Origin: Flavobacteriales bacterium
GTDB taxonomy: Bacteria; Bacteroidota; Bacteroidia; Palsa-965
Direction: 5' to 3'
Length of the DNA: 35,271 nucleotides
NCBI GenBank assembly: GCA_040377305.1
Contig: JBEIPA010000041.1
Coordinates: forward strand, 1 to 35,271
This document shows, one piece after another, positions 9,783-18,424 of this stretch (position 1 is its first letter; each line of letters opens with the position of its first letter). Position numbers and translations under genes: made by a program. The notes beneath the pieces were generated by a model. That model saw only the letters and a list, made by a program, of their open reading frames with translations. It was not told the origin of the DNA and made no database searches.

Positions 9783-10367
9783 CTACGAAGCAGGATAATT
9801 ATTCTTGTCGAGATGTTTAGGGTCCAATTCGTTTGACCAGAGTATACTCCCTTCATAATCCATTCCCACTTTGATTGGATGTGAAGGAAACTCTGAAGAT
9901 GACCAAATCACATCTTCGCCATTAGCTCCTTTAGTGATAGAACGTTTTACTGTGGGTTTCCAGCGTAACATTATAAATCTGTCAGTACTGGTATGAGGAG
10001 GCAAATTAATATCGCATGGCCCATCCGCATAACAATCAAATCGGTTTTGCAATTCGAAATTCACTGTGTCATCTACGTGGAAGGAATTCTCATACGAACA
10101 GATCCAGCTCGAGAACTTTATGGTGTCATTCGTGGGGTTGGTTAACGTAACGCAAACGTGCAAAATATATGACGAATCAGACATGCTATAAAGATCTGGA
10201 TCATTTAAGCTGTCGGATAGTTGCACGATGGATGGCAGATTCCAATTTACACCTCCCCATTTCGCGGTTAAGACCAATGAATTGGATTCTGATTCAGAAG
10301 CAGCATTATGATTACAACCAAGAGCGATGAATGAAAATAATATCGCTGTTATCGACAAGAGTCTCAT
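9783..10367 (-). CDS. cassette-borne lipoprotein of unknown function
   Basis: Signal peptide with lipobox IALGC; stop 2 nt from the repeat. Confidence 0.8.
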   Translation of the reverse strand: MRLLSITAILFSFIALGCNHNAASESESNSLVLTAKWGGVNWNLPSIVQLSDSLNDPDLYSMSDSSYILHVCVTLTNPTNDTIKFSSWICSYENSFHVDDTVNFELQNRFDCYADGPCDINLPPHTSTDRFIMLRWKPTVKRSITKGANGEDVIWSSSEFPSHPIKVGMDYEGSILWSNELDPKHLDKNNYPAS

Positions 10368-10374
10368 AATGGTT

Positions 10375-10463
10375 TACGCTAACGTTTGCGGATTGGCGCC
10401 GTGCGCTTTTCCTTCTAATAAATATACGTGAAAAGCGCGTGGAGCCAATGCGCTGTTAGTGGC
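10375..10463 (-). repeat. attC-like 89-bp hairpin repeat
   Basis: + strand TACGCTAAC...GTTAGTGGC; same interior as the other copies. Confidence 0.85.
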
Positions 10464-10468
10464 TGCAC

Positions 10469-10945
10469 TTACTCACTTTTGTTTTCAAACGTGTATTCTG
10501 AGAATGTACGAGCGAAAAAGTCTGGCAGCAATTCTTTATATGGTTTAACCCAGCTGTTGAGAACAAAATTGTCCAAGTCTTCAATGAGGGCGGCACTTAG
10601 GTTCACATTTGCCTTCTCACAAAATGCTCGGAAAATAGTGTATGCGACAATTGTCGGATTGGTGTCGATAAAATCGCGGCCCTCAATACTGTTTATTTGT
10701 ACTCGCCAGTTATTTTTGGAATATGAGAATCCGTACTCCAGTCCGTGTCTTGCAGCAATTTTCCAGGAATCAAATCCATTTTGTGGAACCGAATCAATAT
10801 AACCTTGGCTCATGCCCCCCTCGCCATGATAGCTTTCTACGATCTCATTTTTGTTCGACGTGGAATTTTCTACCGTTATGTCCACAACAGCAACTGATAC
10901 TATCCCATTTTTGACTTTGTACCATTTATATGAATTGCTGTCCAT
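10469..10945 (-). CDS. first cassette: hypothetical protein, possibly ribosomal protein S5 domain 2-like / EF-G domain IV-like fold
   Basis: 158-aa ORF flanked by GTTAGTGGC / GCCACTAAC; VQINSIEGRDFIDTNPTIVAYTIFRAF echoes the EF-G domain IV pattern. Confidence 0.7.
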   Translation of the reverse strand: MDSNSYKWYKVKNGIVSVAVVDITVENSTSNKNEIVESYHGEGGMSQGYIDSVPQNGFDSWKIAARHGLEYGFSYSKNNWRVQINSIEGRDFIDTNPTIVAYTIFRAFCEKANVNLSAALIEDLDNFVLNSWVKPYKELLPDFFARTFSEYTFENKSE

Positions 10946-10958
10946 GATTTACTGTGTT

Positions 10959-11068
10959 GCCACTAACTAGTTTATTTGCGCCACTTTTATTCGCTTATAC
11001 GCCCAATTTGGATGGCTTTACGAATGTTCATGGCGGATAATTGCAACTGAAATTTAGCAAATAAACTA
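10959..11068 (-). other. putative attI-like leader of the cassette array
   Basis: Has the GTT core box but not the 90-bp hairpin; 12-bp inverted repeat TAGTTTATTTGC (10968-10979) / GCAAATAAACTA (11057-11068). Confidence 0.5.
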
Positions 11069-11090
11069 TCGCAACATGGTGCCTGCATAA

Positions 11091-11130
11091 AACAAAAACG
11101 CGACCCGGTTCTCCGGATCGCGTTTTTGTT
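11091..11130 (-). terminator. intrinsic terminator downstream of the M16 peptidase
   Basis: aacaaaaacgcga-cccggttctccgga-tcgcgtttttgtt hairpin with A and T tracts. Confidence 0.8.
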
Positions 11131-11177
11131 CAATGTCTATTACCAACTTCTATTTCCTATCGCCTATTTCCTATTAC

Positions 11178-14100
11178 CTACTTCGTGATCTCCTCGTACT
11201 TACTTCCCTTCGGCTTCTTCACTTTCTTTTTCTTCTTCTTGCCGTTCTTGTCATCAACCGGAGGTGCCGGAGTAGGTTCAGGAGCTTTGATTTCTTTCAC
11301 GGGTGCAGGTGGAAGAACATTTCCTTGTGCGTCGACAACGGAAACGGTGTAACCGAGTTTCACGAGACGATTGTACAAGAGTGCGCTGTCGCCAACGACA
11401 GTGATGGTCATGTTTTCATCGCCGAGCCACTTGTGTGCAAGACTGTCGATGCCGGGCTTAGTCATGGACTGAAGAATCTGCAATTGCGTTTGCGTGTAAT
11501 TGTCGGGAAGATTGTAGTCGACAATATTCTTCATGAAGAACAATTTCTGATACGGATCTTCATAACGCAAGGCTTCTTTCTGAGAGATGGCGCGCTTCAT
11601 GTAATCGAGCTCGTCTTGCTTCACACCGTTTTTCTCGTATGCAGAAATGATGCTCATGAATTCGGCAACAGCGCTGTCCGAAGATGGAGCACGCACACCC
11701 GCTGATGCAGAGAACGCACCTGTGTATGAATTCGCAGCGAATCCGGAACGGGCACCATAAGTCCAGCCGTGTTCTTCACGCAAACTTAAGTTGATGCGCG
11801 AGTTGAAGTGTCCACCGAGTGAATAGTTCATCAAAGATGCGCGGTAGTATTCACCGGTTGCATCGTAAGGCATTGCCATGCGACCAATGCGTATTTCAGA
11901 CTGTGCTGCTGCTTTCTTGTCGTACAGGAAAATGGTTGTTGGTCCCGGAGTTGCTTTTGATTGCAGCTCGTTCGCAACTTTCAGCGCAACGCCTGTCGAT
12001 TTCCAATTCTGGAGGAACATGGCTCTCTTCATGATATCGTCTTTCTTGAGATCAGATACAACGACGAGACGAGCAATATCCGGAGAGAACATTTTCTTGT
12101 GATACGCTTTCACATCCTCCAGTGTAATTTTCTCTGCTGTTTCTTTGGTTCCGCTCATCGGAGTCGCCATGATATGACCTTCACCGAATAGCATCTTCGA
12201 GAAAATGAAATCGGCCATTGCAGCTGGTTGGGTAGACATATTCGCAATGTTCTCGAGCTGACGTTGCTTGACCAGATCAAACTCTTCCGCATCAAATTTC
12301 GGATGGAATATTTTCTGCTCTACCAACGCAAGCGTAGAATCCAGGTTACGCGTCATGCAAGTGATGTAAATCTGAATTTCATCGGCAGTGAGGTTGATAG
12401 AAATTTCACTGCCGAGCAATTCTGTTTTCTCTTCGACACGCTCTGCAGAATATTTTTCGGTAGACATATCGAGCATGCTTACCAGCATCTGTGCTGTTCC
12501 GGATTTCGCAACATCTTCCTGTCTATGACCGGCAGAAATACTCAACAACATGTAGGTGCGTGGAATCTCTTTATTCTCCGTACCGATGTATTTCAGCCCG
12601 TTTGCAAAAACACCGCGCCACATGGAAGGTGGAACTGGTGTTGGAGTAGAACCAGGAGTTGGTTGAACACCACGATTGAACGAATCAGAAGCGCGACGCA
12701 TGGTGAGACCTTGATATTCTCCACCTTCAGGAGCACCAACGCGGTGTTCAGGAATAGTGAAGTCATCTGCTTTTGCGATGAGATTGCTCATTCCTTTTGG
12801 AACAACGCTGAGTACAACAGAGTATTTTCCTTTGATGTACTTGTTGTAAACACGCATCACATCTTCTTTCGTCACTGCTTTGTAGCGATCCATATCTTTC
12901 GCAACCATATTTGGATTGCCAAAGAATGTGCTGTATGCAGCGAGTGTTGAACCTTTGCCCTGAACAGAAGTCAATCCGTCAATGAAGAGGCCCTCGATAT
13001 ACAACTTGAACCGTGTCATGTCGTCGTCTGATACGCCTTGTTTTTCGAATTCGACAAACGAGGCTCTCATGAGACTGTCGGCTTCGCGAAGATTGTGACC
13101 CGGATACATTCTGATCATACACATCGTTTGTCCGGATAACTCCTGACTCGAATTGAACATACTTGCAAACTGGGCAATTCCTGATTCAACGAATGCTTTG
13201 TAGAATACAGAACCTTTTCCCTGAGAGATGATTGTAGTCAATGCGTCGAGTGCGGCTTCATCGGGATGCATTGTTTCTACCGCAGGCCAGGAAGCAACGA
13301 GTTGTGGAAAACGAATATTGTCTTCGTACGAAATGTAGCGGTTGCGATCAAGTGTAGCAGGCATTTTCGCCATTGACTTCACTTCAGGTCCGCGCGGAAT
13401 GCTACCGAAATATTTTTCTGCCAGAGCGATAACCTGAGCCGTTGTTACGTCACCTGATACGGTTAGCGTAGCATTATTTGGTCCATACCAACGCAGGAAG
13501 AAATTTTTCAGATCCTGTACACCAACACGATCGAGATCGGCAACGTAACCGATAGTTGTCCACGAGTAAGGATGTCCAACAGGATACATTGCTTCTCCGA
13601 TTTTCTCCCACACCAATCCGTAAGGAGCATTTTCGTAACGCTGACCACGCTCGTTTTTCACCGTAGCGCGTTGCACTTCGAATTTTTTCTGAGTCACTGA
13701 ATCGAGCAGGAATCCCATACGATCAGCTTCAAGCCAAAGTGCAAGCTCGAGGTAATTTGAAGGAACTGTTTCGAAATAATTGGTGCGATCGCCATTGGTA
13801 GTTCCGTTGAGGTTACCGCCAGCTTCGTTGATGAGTTTGAAGTGTTGTTCATCGGCAACGTGTTCTGATCCCTGGAACATCATGTGTTCGAAGAAGTGAG
13901 CGAAACCGGAACGACCTTCCTGTTCACGGGCAGAACCAACGTGATACGTTACGTCTACGTACACAACAGGATCTGAATGATCTTCGTGTACTACAATGTT
14001 GAGTCCGTTTGGAAGCGTGTATTTCTTGTAAGGAATTACAAGCTTGCCATTGCCGTTTGTGGTAACGGTTTCAACCAGCTTTGCTTTAACAGGAGCTACA

Positions 14101-14186
14101 GGAGCGATCTGCGCGTTTGCCAATCCGGAGAAAGCCAGAATGGATCCGAGAACAAACGTGGGTACTAAGTGCTTGATTTTCTTCAT
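11178..14186 (-). CDS. M16 family (pitrilysin/PqqL-like) zinc metallopeptidase, exported
   Basis: Inverted zinc motif HFFEH in GFAHFFEHMMFQGS, NGTTNGDRTNY, second-half LREEHGWTYG; signal peptide from MKKIKH (ATG 14186). Confidence 0.93.
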   Translation of the reverse strand: MKKIKHLVPTFVLGSILAFSGLANAQIAPVAPVKAKLVETVTTNGNGKLVIPYKKYTLPNGLNIVVHEDHSDPVVYVDVTYHVGSAREQEGRSGFAHFFEHMMFQGSEHVADEQHFKLINEAGGNLNGTTNGDRTNYFETVPSNYLELALWLEADRMGFLLDSVTQKKFEVQRATVKNERGQRYENAPYGLVWEKIGEAMYPVGHPYSWTTIGYVADLDRVGVQDLKNFFLRWYGPNNATLTVSGDVTTAQVIALAEKYFGSIPRGPEVKSMAKMPATLDRNRYISYEDNIRFPQLVASWPAVETMHPDEAALDALTTIISQGKGSVFYKAFVESGIAQFASMFNSSQELSGQTMCMIRMYPGHNLREADSLMRASFVEFEKQGVSDDDMTRFKLYIEGLFIDGLTSVQGKGSTLAAYSTFFGNPNMVAKDMDRYKAVTKEDVMRVYNKYIKGKYSVVLSVVPKGMSNLIAKADDFTIPEHRVGAPEGGEYQGLTMRRASDSFNRGVQPTPGSTPTPVPPSMWRGVFANGLKYIGTENKEIPRTYMLLSISAGHRQEDVAKSGTAQMLVSMLDMSTEKYSAERVEEKTELLGSEISINLTADEIQIYITCMTRNLDSTLALVEQKIFHPKFDAEEFDLVKQRQLENIANMSTQPAAMADFIFSKMLFGEGHIMATPMSGTKETAEKITLEDVKAYHKKMFSPDIARLVVVSDLKKDDIMKRAMFLQNWKSTGVALKVANELQSKATPGPTTIFLYDKKAAAQSEIRIGRMAMPYDATGEYYRASLMNYSLGGHFNSRINLSLREEHGWTYGARSGFAANSYTGAFSASAGVRAPSSDSAVAEFMSIISAYEKNGVKQDELDYMKRAISQKEALRYEDPYQKLFFMKNIVDYNLPDNYTQTQLQILQSMTKPGIDSLAHKWLGDENMTITVVGDSALLYNRLVKLGYTVSVVDAQGNVLPPAPVKEIKAPEPTPAPPVDDKNGKKKKKKVKKPKGSKYEEITK

Positions 14187-14292
14187 GGTCAACAAATTTA
14201 GCAATATACCCCTGCGAAAACAGGTGAAAAAGGCTTTAAACAACATTAACGGTATGGGCGGTTTTTAGGGCTTATGAAGCAGTTAGAGTGCT

Positions 14293-14300
14293 TATCTTTG
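14293..14300 (+). promoter_or_regulatory. Bacteroidota -7 promoter box TATCTTTG
   Basis: Consensus TAnnTTTG upstream of the bacilliredoxin gene. Confidence 0.6.
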
Positions 14301-14352
14301 TATCGCAATTCAGGGCTTAAACGCCGCCAAAAACACTTAAAATAAAGAAGTC

Positions 14353-14766
14353 ATGTATCCTCCACAGCTGGTAATGCCAATGAAAGAAGAACTTGTTCGC
14401 GCAGGTTTTGAAGATGTAACAGGAGCTGATCGTGTTGATTCAGTAGTTAAAGAAGAAGGAACTGTTTTGATGGTTGTCAATTCAGTTTGCGGATGCGCTG
14501 CAGGTGCTGCTCGTCCGGGTGTTCGTATGTCGCTCGCGGGTGACGGAAAAAAGCCATCTAAACTTACAACTGTATTCGCAGGTTTCGATAAAGACGCAGT
14601 TGATCAGGCGCGTAAATATTTTGCACCTTATCCGCCATCATCACCGGCGATTGCACTGTTCAAAGACGGTAAGCTTGTTCACTTCGTAGAGCGTCATCAT
14701 ATCGAAGGACGTTCGGCTGAGATGATCAGTGAGCATTTGAAGCAGGCGTACGCGGAGTTTTGCTAA
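14353..14766 (+). CDS. BrxA/BrxB family bacilliredoxin
   Basis: VNSVCGCAAGAARPG and PPSSPAIALFKDG...ERHHIEGR signatures. Confidence 0.93.
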   Translation: MYPPQLVMPMKEELVRAGFEDVTGADRVDSVVKEEGTVLMVVNSVCGCAAGAARPGVRMSLAGDGKKPSKLTTVFAGFDKDAVDQARKYFAPYPPSSPAIALFKDGKLVHFVERHHIEGRSAEMISEHLKQAYAEFC

Positions 14767-14871
14767 GACAAAATTCAATTAGTCAATATGCGGATTAGTT
14801 GATTGGTTAATGCCGGGCGGTATTAATAATTCAGGAAAGCATGAACTAATTAACGTATTAACTAATCAACC

Positions 14872-14910
14872 AATAAAAATCCCCTGATGAAAGTCAGGGG
14901 ATTTTTTATT
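14872..14910. terminator. bidirectional intrinsic terminator
   Basis: aaaaatcccctga-tgaaag-tcaggggattttt between convergent genes. Confidence 0.85.
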
Positions 14911-14930
14911 GCGCGCTACTTCTGATCTGA

Positions 14931-15557
14931 TTAGTTCTCGTAAAATTCTACCTGTCCGGTTTCAACATTGTACATACCACCAACGAGTTCAACTTGTCCA
15001 GACTTAATCATTTCTGCAAGGATAGAACTCCGTTCGGTGATTGCATGCACCGTGCGATGAACGTTAATGTCTGCAACCTTTTCTACAAATACTGAATTCG
15101 ATGAGTTGCGATTTTGAGTTTCTGTTTTCTCATCGTCCACGGCTGGTCTGATCTTACTGAGAAGTGCTGTAAGATTGCCCATCTCAACATGATCACACGC
15201 ACCTTTTATCGCACCGCATTTGCTGTGTCCAAGCACAACAATGACTTTTGCTCCGGCAACTTTGCAGGCAAATTCCATGCTTCCAAGGATATCTTCATTG
15301 AGAACGTTGCCCGCAATTCGCACACTGAAAACATCACCGAGTCCCTGGTCAAAGATGAGCTCTGACGAAGTTCGTGAGTCGATGCAGCTCAGGATGATTG
15401 CAAAAGGATGCTGACCATCGGATGTTTCATTGACTTGCTGAAGCAAATTTCTGTTCGCTTTGAGGTTGTTCATGAAACGCACGTTCCCGTCTTTCAGAAT
15501 CTGTAAAGCTTGCGCAGGCGTTAGCTGACTTTGTGTTTCTTTCGATTGAGTTCTCAT
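14931..15557 (-). CDS. beta-class carbonic anhydrase
   Basis: Zinc motifs SCIDSR and GHSKCG; LGDVFSVRIAGN. Confidence 0.95.
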   Translation of the reverse strand: MRTQSKETQSQLTPAQALQILKDGNVRFMNNLKANRNLLQQVNETSDGQHPFAIILSCIDSRTSSELIFDQGLGDVFSVRIAGNVLNEDILGSMEFACKVAGAKVIVVLGHSKCGAIKGACDHVEMGNLTALLSKIRPAVDDEKTETQNRNSSNSVFVEKVADINVHRTVHAITERSSILAEMIKSGQVELVGGMYNVETGQVEFYEN

Positions 15558-15579
15558 TGTTGGGTTGATTTTAGTTAGG

Positions 15580-16473
15580 TTACATTAAGTAAAAATTGTC
15601 GGCCGGGTAAGGATCAGGGATATTCTTATTTGAAATCAATTGGCGCAAGTTGATTTCAATCGTTCGGGAGATCGCATTCATTGCGGTATCAGTGGGTTTA
15701 TTGGAAAATGGATCCTGCATGTGCGTCGCCGATTTCTCCAGTAGAAAAAACGCAGAAGAGATCAGAACAAGCAACGGGATTTCAAAATACCATTCCACGT
15801 TCCCCAGTGAAACAGCCAGTGTTACCACAAAAAGATAGATTGTGAAGTGCAGAAAACGGCTGTATGTTACAGGAAAGACAGTTGATTTGATCCGTTCTGC
15901 GCGACCCATTGAATCGCAAAACCGCACTAAAGTATTGTCGAGTTGTATGTGTGTAAACTGGTCAATGTGTTTATCGCGCTTCAGTTCTGCAAGGTCAGCG
16001 GCATGTAGCTTAAGCATGGCCAATGCTTTGTTGTTGTGTTTGCTTACCTCGTGTAAATCTTCTTCAGAAAGGAGATCCTTTGAACTACTCAAGGGGTCTA
16101 GTCCGCGGAGCTGAGCAGACAAGGTGTAGCACCAGGCAATTTGCCGATGCGCCATTTTGGATACCAATGTTTCTTTTCCGGCCGGAAGCAGTGTCTGCAG
16201 TTGCAGAACGAAACTTCTCGAATCGTTTACAATGCTGCCCCAGATCTTGCGCGCTTCCCACCAGCGTTCGTAGGATTGATTGAGTTTGAACGACAGGAGG
16301 ATTGAAATGGCTGTACCAATAAATGCCGGAATCGTAAGGGGCATCTCCGGAAACCAATCGGAATAAAGGTGTGTAATCAAATAGACTGCTGCTGTCATTA
16401 CCAGCGTAATCACCAGTTCGGACTTTACCTTACTGAATATGAAACTAGCCGGAATCTTTTTATTGAGAAGCAT
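15580..16473 (-). CDS. bestrophin (YneE-like) family ion channel
   Basis: SFKLNQSYERWWEARKIWG, ERIKSTVFP and QDPF motifs; start MLLNKK at 16473. Confidence 0.9.
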   Translation of the reverse strand: MLLNKKIPASFIFSKVKSELVITLVMTAAVYLITHLYSDWFPEMPLTIPAFIGTAISILLSFKLNQSYERWWEARKIWGSIVNDSRSFVLQLQTLLPAGKETLVSKMAHRQIAWCYTLSAQLRGLDPLSSSKDLLSEEDLHEVSKHNNKALAMLKLHAADLAELKRDKHIDQFTHIQLDNTLVRFCDSMGRAERIKSTVFPVTYSRFLHFTIYLFVVTLAVSLGNVEWYFEIPLLVLISSAFFLLEKSATHMQDPFSNKPTDTAMNAISRTIEINLRQLISNKNIPDPYPADNFYLM

Positions 16474-16489
16474 ATTTGTTGATTTAGGA

Positions 16490-16497
16490 CAAAGATA
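16490..16497 (-). promoter_or_regulatory. -7 promoter box (TATCTTTG on minus strand) for bestrophin/carbonic anhydrase
   Basis: CAAAGATA on + strand, 16 nt upstream of the ATG. Confidence 0.6.
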
Positions 16498-16515
16498 CAA
16501 ATACTTTCTAAAAAG

Positions 16516-16528
16516 ATAGTAATACTAT
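16516..16528. promoter_or_regulatory. candidate TetR operator palindrome ATAGTA-A-TACTAT
   Basis: Perfect 6-1-6 inverted repeat between the divergent promoters. Confidence 0.5.
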
Positions 16529-16588
16529 TATAGAAAATAATAATACCATAATAAATAGATATGATGCTTCTTTTTTGGATGAATTCGC

Positions 16589-16596
16589 TATTTTTG
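16589..16596 (+). promoter_or_regulatory. -7 promoter box TATTTTTG for the TetR gene
   Basis: TAnnTTTG 17 nt upstream of ATG 16614. Confidence 0.5.
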
Positions 16597-16613
16597 TGAA
16601 AACGTTAGGTTCA

Positions 16614-17285
16614 ATGGACTTTCAAGTAACATTTCGCGTAAACGAAAAGATGTATGTGAAAGACCCGGAGAGTTCGGAGATCGGTCGGGCAATTGTGAAG
16701 CATGGTATCGATCTTATTTACGAACTCGGTTTCGAAAGCTTTACATTTAAAAAGCTGGCGGTTGAAATCGAAACGACCGAGGCTACGATTTACCGGTACT
16801 TCGAAAACAAGCACAGGCTTCTGCTGTACATCCTCAATTGGTATTGGTCGTACATGGAGTTCCTGGTGATGTTTCGTCTGCAGAATGTAAAGGACACGCG
16901 TTCGCAGCTAAAGATTATTGTACATCTTCTGACACACGAGTTGCCGGAAAGTTCAGGAAGTCTTGACTACAACCGGAAGCATCTGAACCAGATTGTAATT
17001 TCCGAAAGCAGTAAGGCCTATTTGGTGAAGGATGTGAATGCGATCAATAAGGAGCAGGCATTCAAACCATACAAAGATCTTTGTGCAAAAATTGCAGAGG
17101 TGATTGGTGCACATGCGCCGAAGTACAAATTTCCGCGTTCGCTGAGCAGCATGTTAATTGAATCGGCGCACAGCCAACAGTTCTTCGCGTCACATTTGCC
17201 TCGCTTAACAGACGTTCAGTCGAAAAACCAGAGCGAATTCACCGCGCAGTTTCTGGAAGACCTGATGTTTCGGGTCTTGGGTTAA
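16614..17285 (+). CDS. TetR/AcrR family transcriptional regulator
   Basis: HTH GFESFTFKKLAVEIETTEATIYRYFENK; start MDFQV. Confidence 0.9.
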   Translation: MDFQVTFRVNEKMYVKDPESSEIGRAIVKHGIDLIYELGFESFTFKKLAVEIETTEATIYRYFENKHRLLLYILNWYWSYMEFLVMFRLQNVKDTRSQLKIIVHLLTHELPESSGSLDYNRKHLNQIVISESSKAYLVKDVNAINKEQAFKPYKDLCAKIAEVIGAHAPKYKFPRSLSSMLIESAHSQQFFASHLPRLTDVQSKNQSEFTAQFLEDLMFRVLG

Positions 17286-18271
17286 TCCTTCAAACCGGCT
17301 GGTGGCTGCGATGTGCTCCACCGTTCCTTCACCCACTGCTGTTGCTCTTCTGCAGTAAGAAAAGTCCATGCAACAATGCGTGAAGTCTTATTGCCTTGCG
17401 ACATCGAAACTGTTTTTACGTCAACTGCCTTGCGATGTTCAAGCTCTTCGTAAATGTCGCGCAGGTTTTCTTTCTTCGCAACGATGGTTGAATACCAAAA
17501 AACAGATTTCGGAAAGAAGGTACTTTGAATAATCATGAAGCGAATAAAACGTGCTTCCCCTCCTTTGCACCAGAGCTCGTTGAATTGTCCGCCGAAATTG
17601 AGATTGGAATCCTGGCGTTTTCCTCCGGAGAGATTTTTGTTCTTGCGGATATTTCCTTCTTTCGCTTCGATGAGTGACGTGTGAAAAGGTGGATTGCAAA
17701 TGAGCAGATCGAACTTTTCATCTTCCGAAAAAATTCCATTGATGATATCATCCGGATCGGCCTGCACGCGCAATTCGACCTGATCCTTCAGCAAGGAGTT
17801 TCCACTCACAATTGCCTGCGCAGCTTTCACTGCAACGGTATCGATTTCGGCGCCCACAAAGCTCCATCCATACTCGTGCGCACCAATGATAGGATACACA
17901 CAGTTTGCGCCAACACCAATATCCATGACGCGGATATTTTTGCCGGTTGGAATTTTTCCGTTGTTGCTTGCTGCCAATATATCTGCAGCGTGGTGAATAT
18001 AATCTGCACGTCCAGGAATTGGCGGACACAAATAAGCCGGCGGAATATCCCAGTATTCGATTCCGTAGTATGCGATCAGTAATGCTTTATTCAGCATGCG
18101 CACAGCCTCCGGATTGAAAAAATCAACACTTACAATTCCGTGGTCGTTTGCCAGAACAAATGGTTCGAGCTCGGGTAGTGCTGCTTTGAGTTTTTTGAAA
18201 TCGTAGCGTTCCCGGTGCTTGTTGCGGGGATGCATTTTATTTTTCTCCGAAGATGCGGGAGGCTTTGTCAT
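17282..18271 (-). CDS. rlmF: 23S rRNA (adenine1618-N6)-methyltransferase
   Basis: MHPRNKHRERYDF, LCPPIPGRADYIH, DIGVGANCVYP, CNPPFH, ELWCKGGE, QGNKTSRIVAWTF. Confidence 0.95.
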   Translation of the reverse strand: MTKPPASSEKNKMHPRNKHRERYDFKKLKAALPELEPFVLANDHGIVSVDFFNPEAVRMLNKALLIAYYGIEYWDIPPAYLCPPIPGRADYIHHAADILAASNNGKIPTGKNIRVMDIGVGANCVYPIIGAHEYGWSFVGAEIDTVAVKAAQAIVSGNSLLKDQVELRVQADPDDIINGIFSEDEKFDLLICNPPFHTSLIEAKEGNIRKNKNLSGGKRQDSNLNFGGQFNELWCKGGEARFIRFMIIQSTFFPKSVFWYSTIVAKKENLRDIYEELEHRKAVDVKTVSMSQGNKTSRIVAWTFLTAEEQQQWVKERWSTSQPPAGLKD

Positions 18272-18424
18272 GGGATAAAGGTACGGATAACTGTAGCCGT
18301 TCACTGCACACGGATTTCCGCATATATGGGAATCTGATTGCACACCATTTGCTACAAAGTCTTTCTGTTTTACCTAGGGCGTCTTTATGGCACGAACATT
18401 TGATTATCAGTGGAAAAACACACT

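Larger units (their letters stand above)
7486..11068 (-). mobile_element. integron-like gene cassette array (5 cassettes, no integrase in window; CALIN-like)
   Basis: Co-oriented single ORFs separated by palindromic AAC...GTT repeats; core boxes at the two ends of each cassette are complementary. Confidence 0.8.

Noticed and set aside
8306-10463. CRISPR array interpretation of the 90-bp repeats
   Set aside because: Repeats are too long, the spacers are 500-700-bp whole genes, and there are no cas genes
11133-12950. Long antisense ORFs (190 aa, 240 aa) over the M16 peptidase; likewise 32183..32833 over trpS
   Set aside because: Shadow frames of well-supported genes
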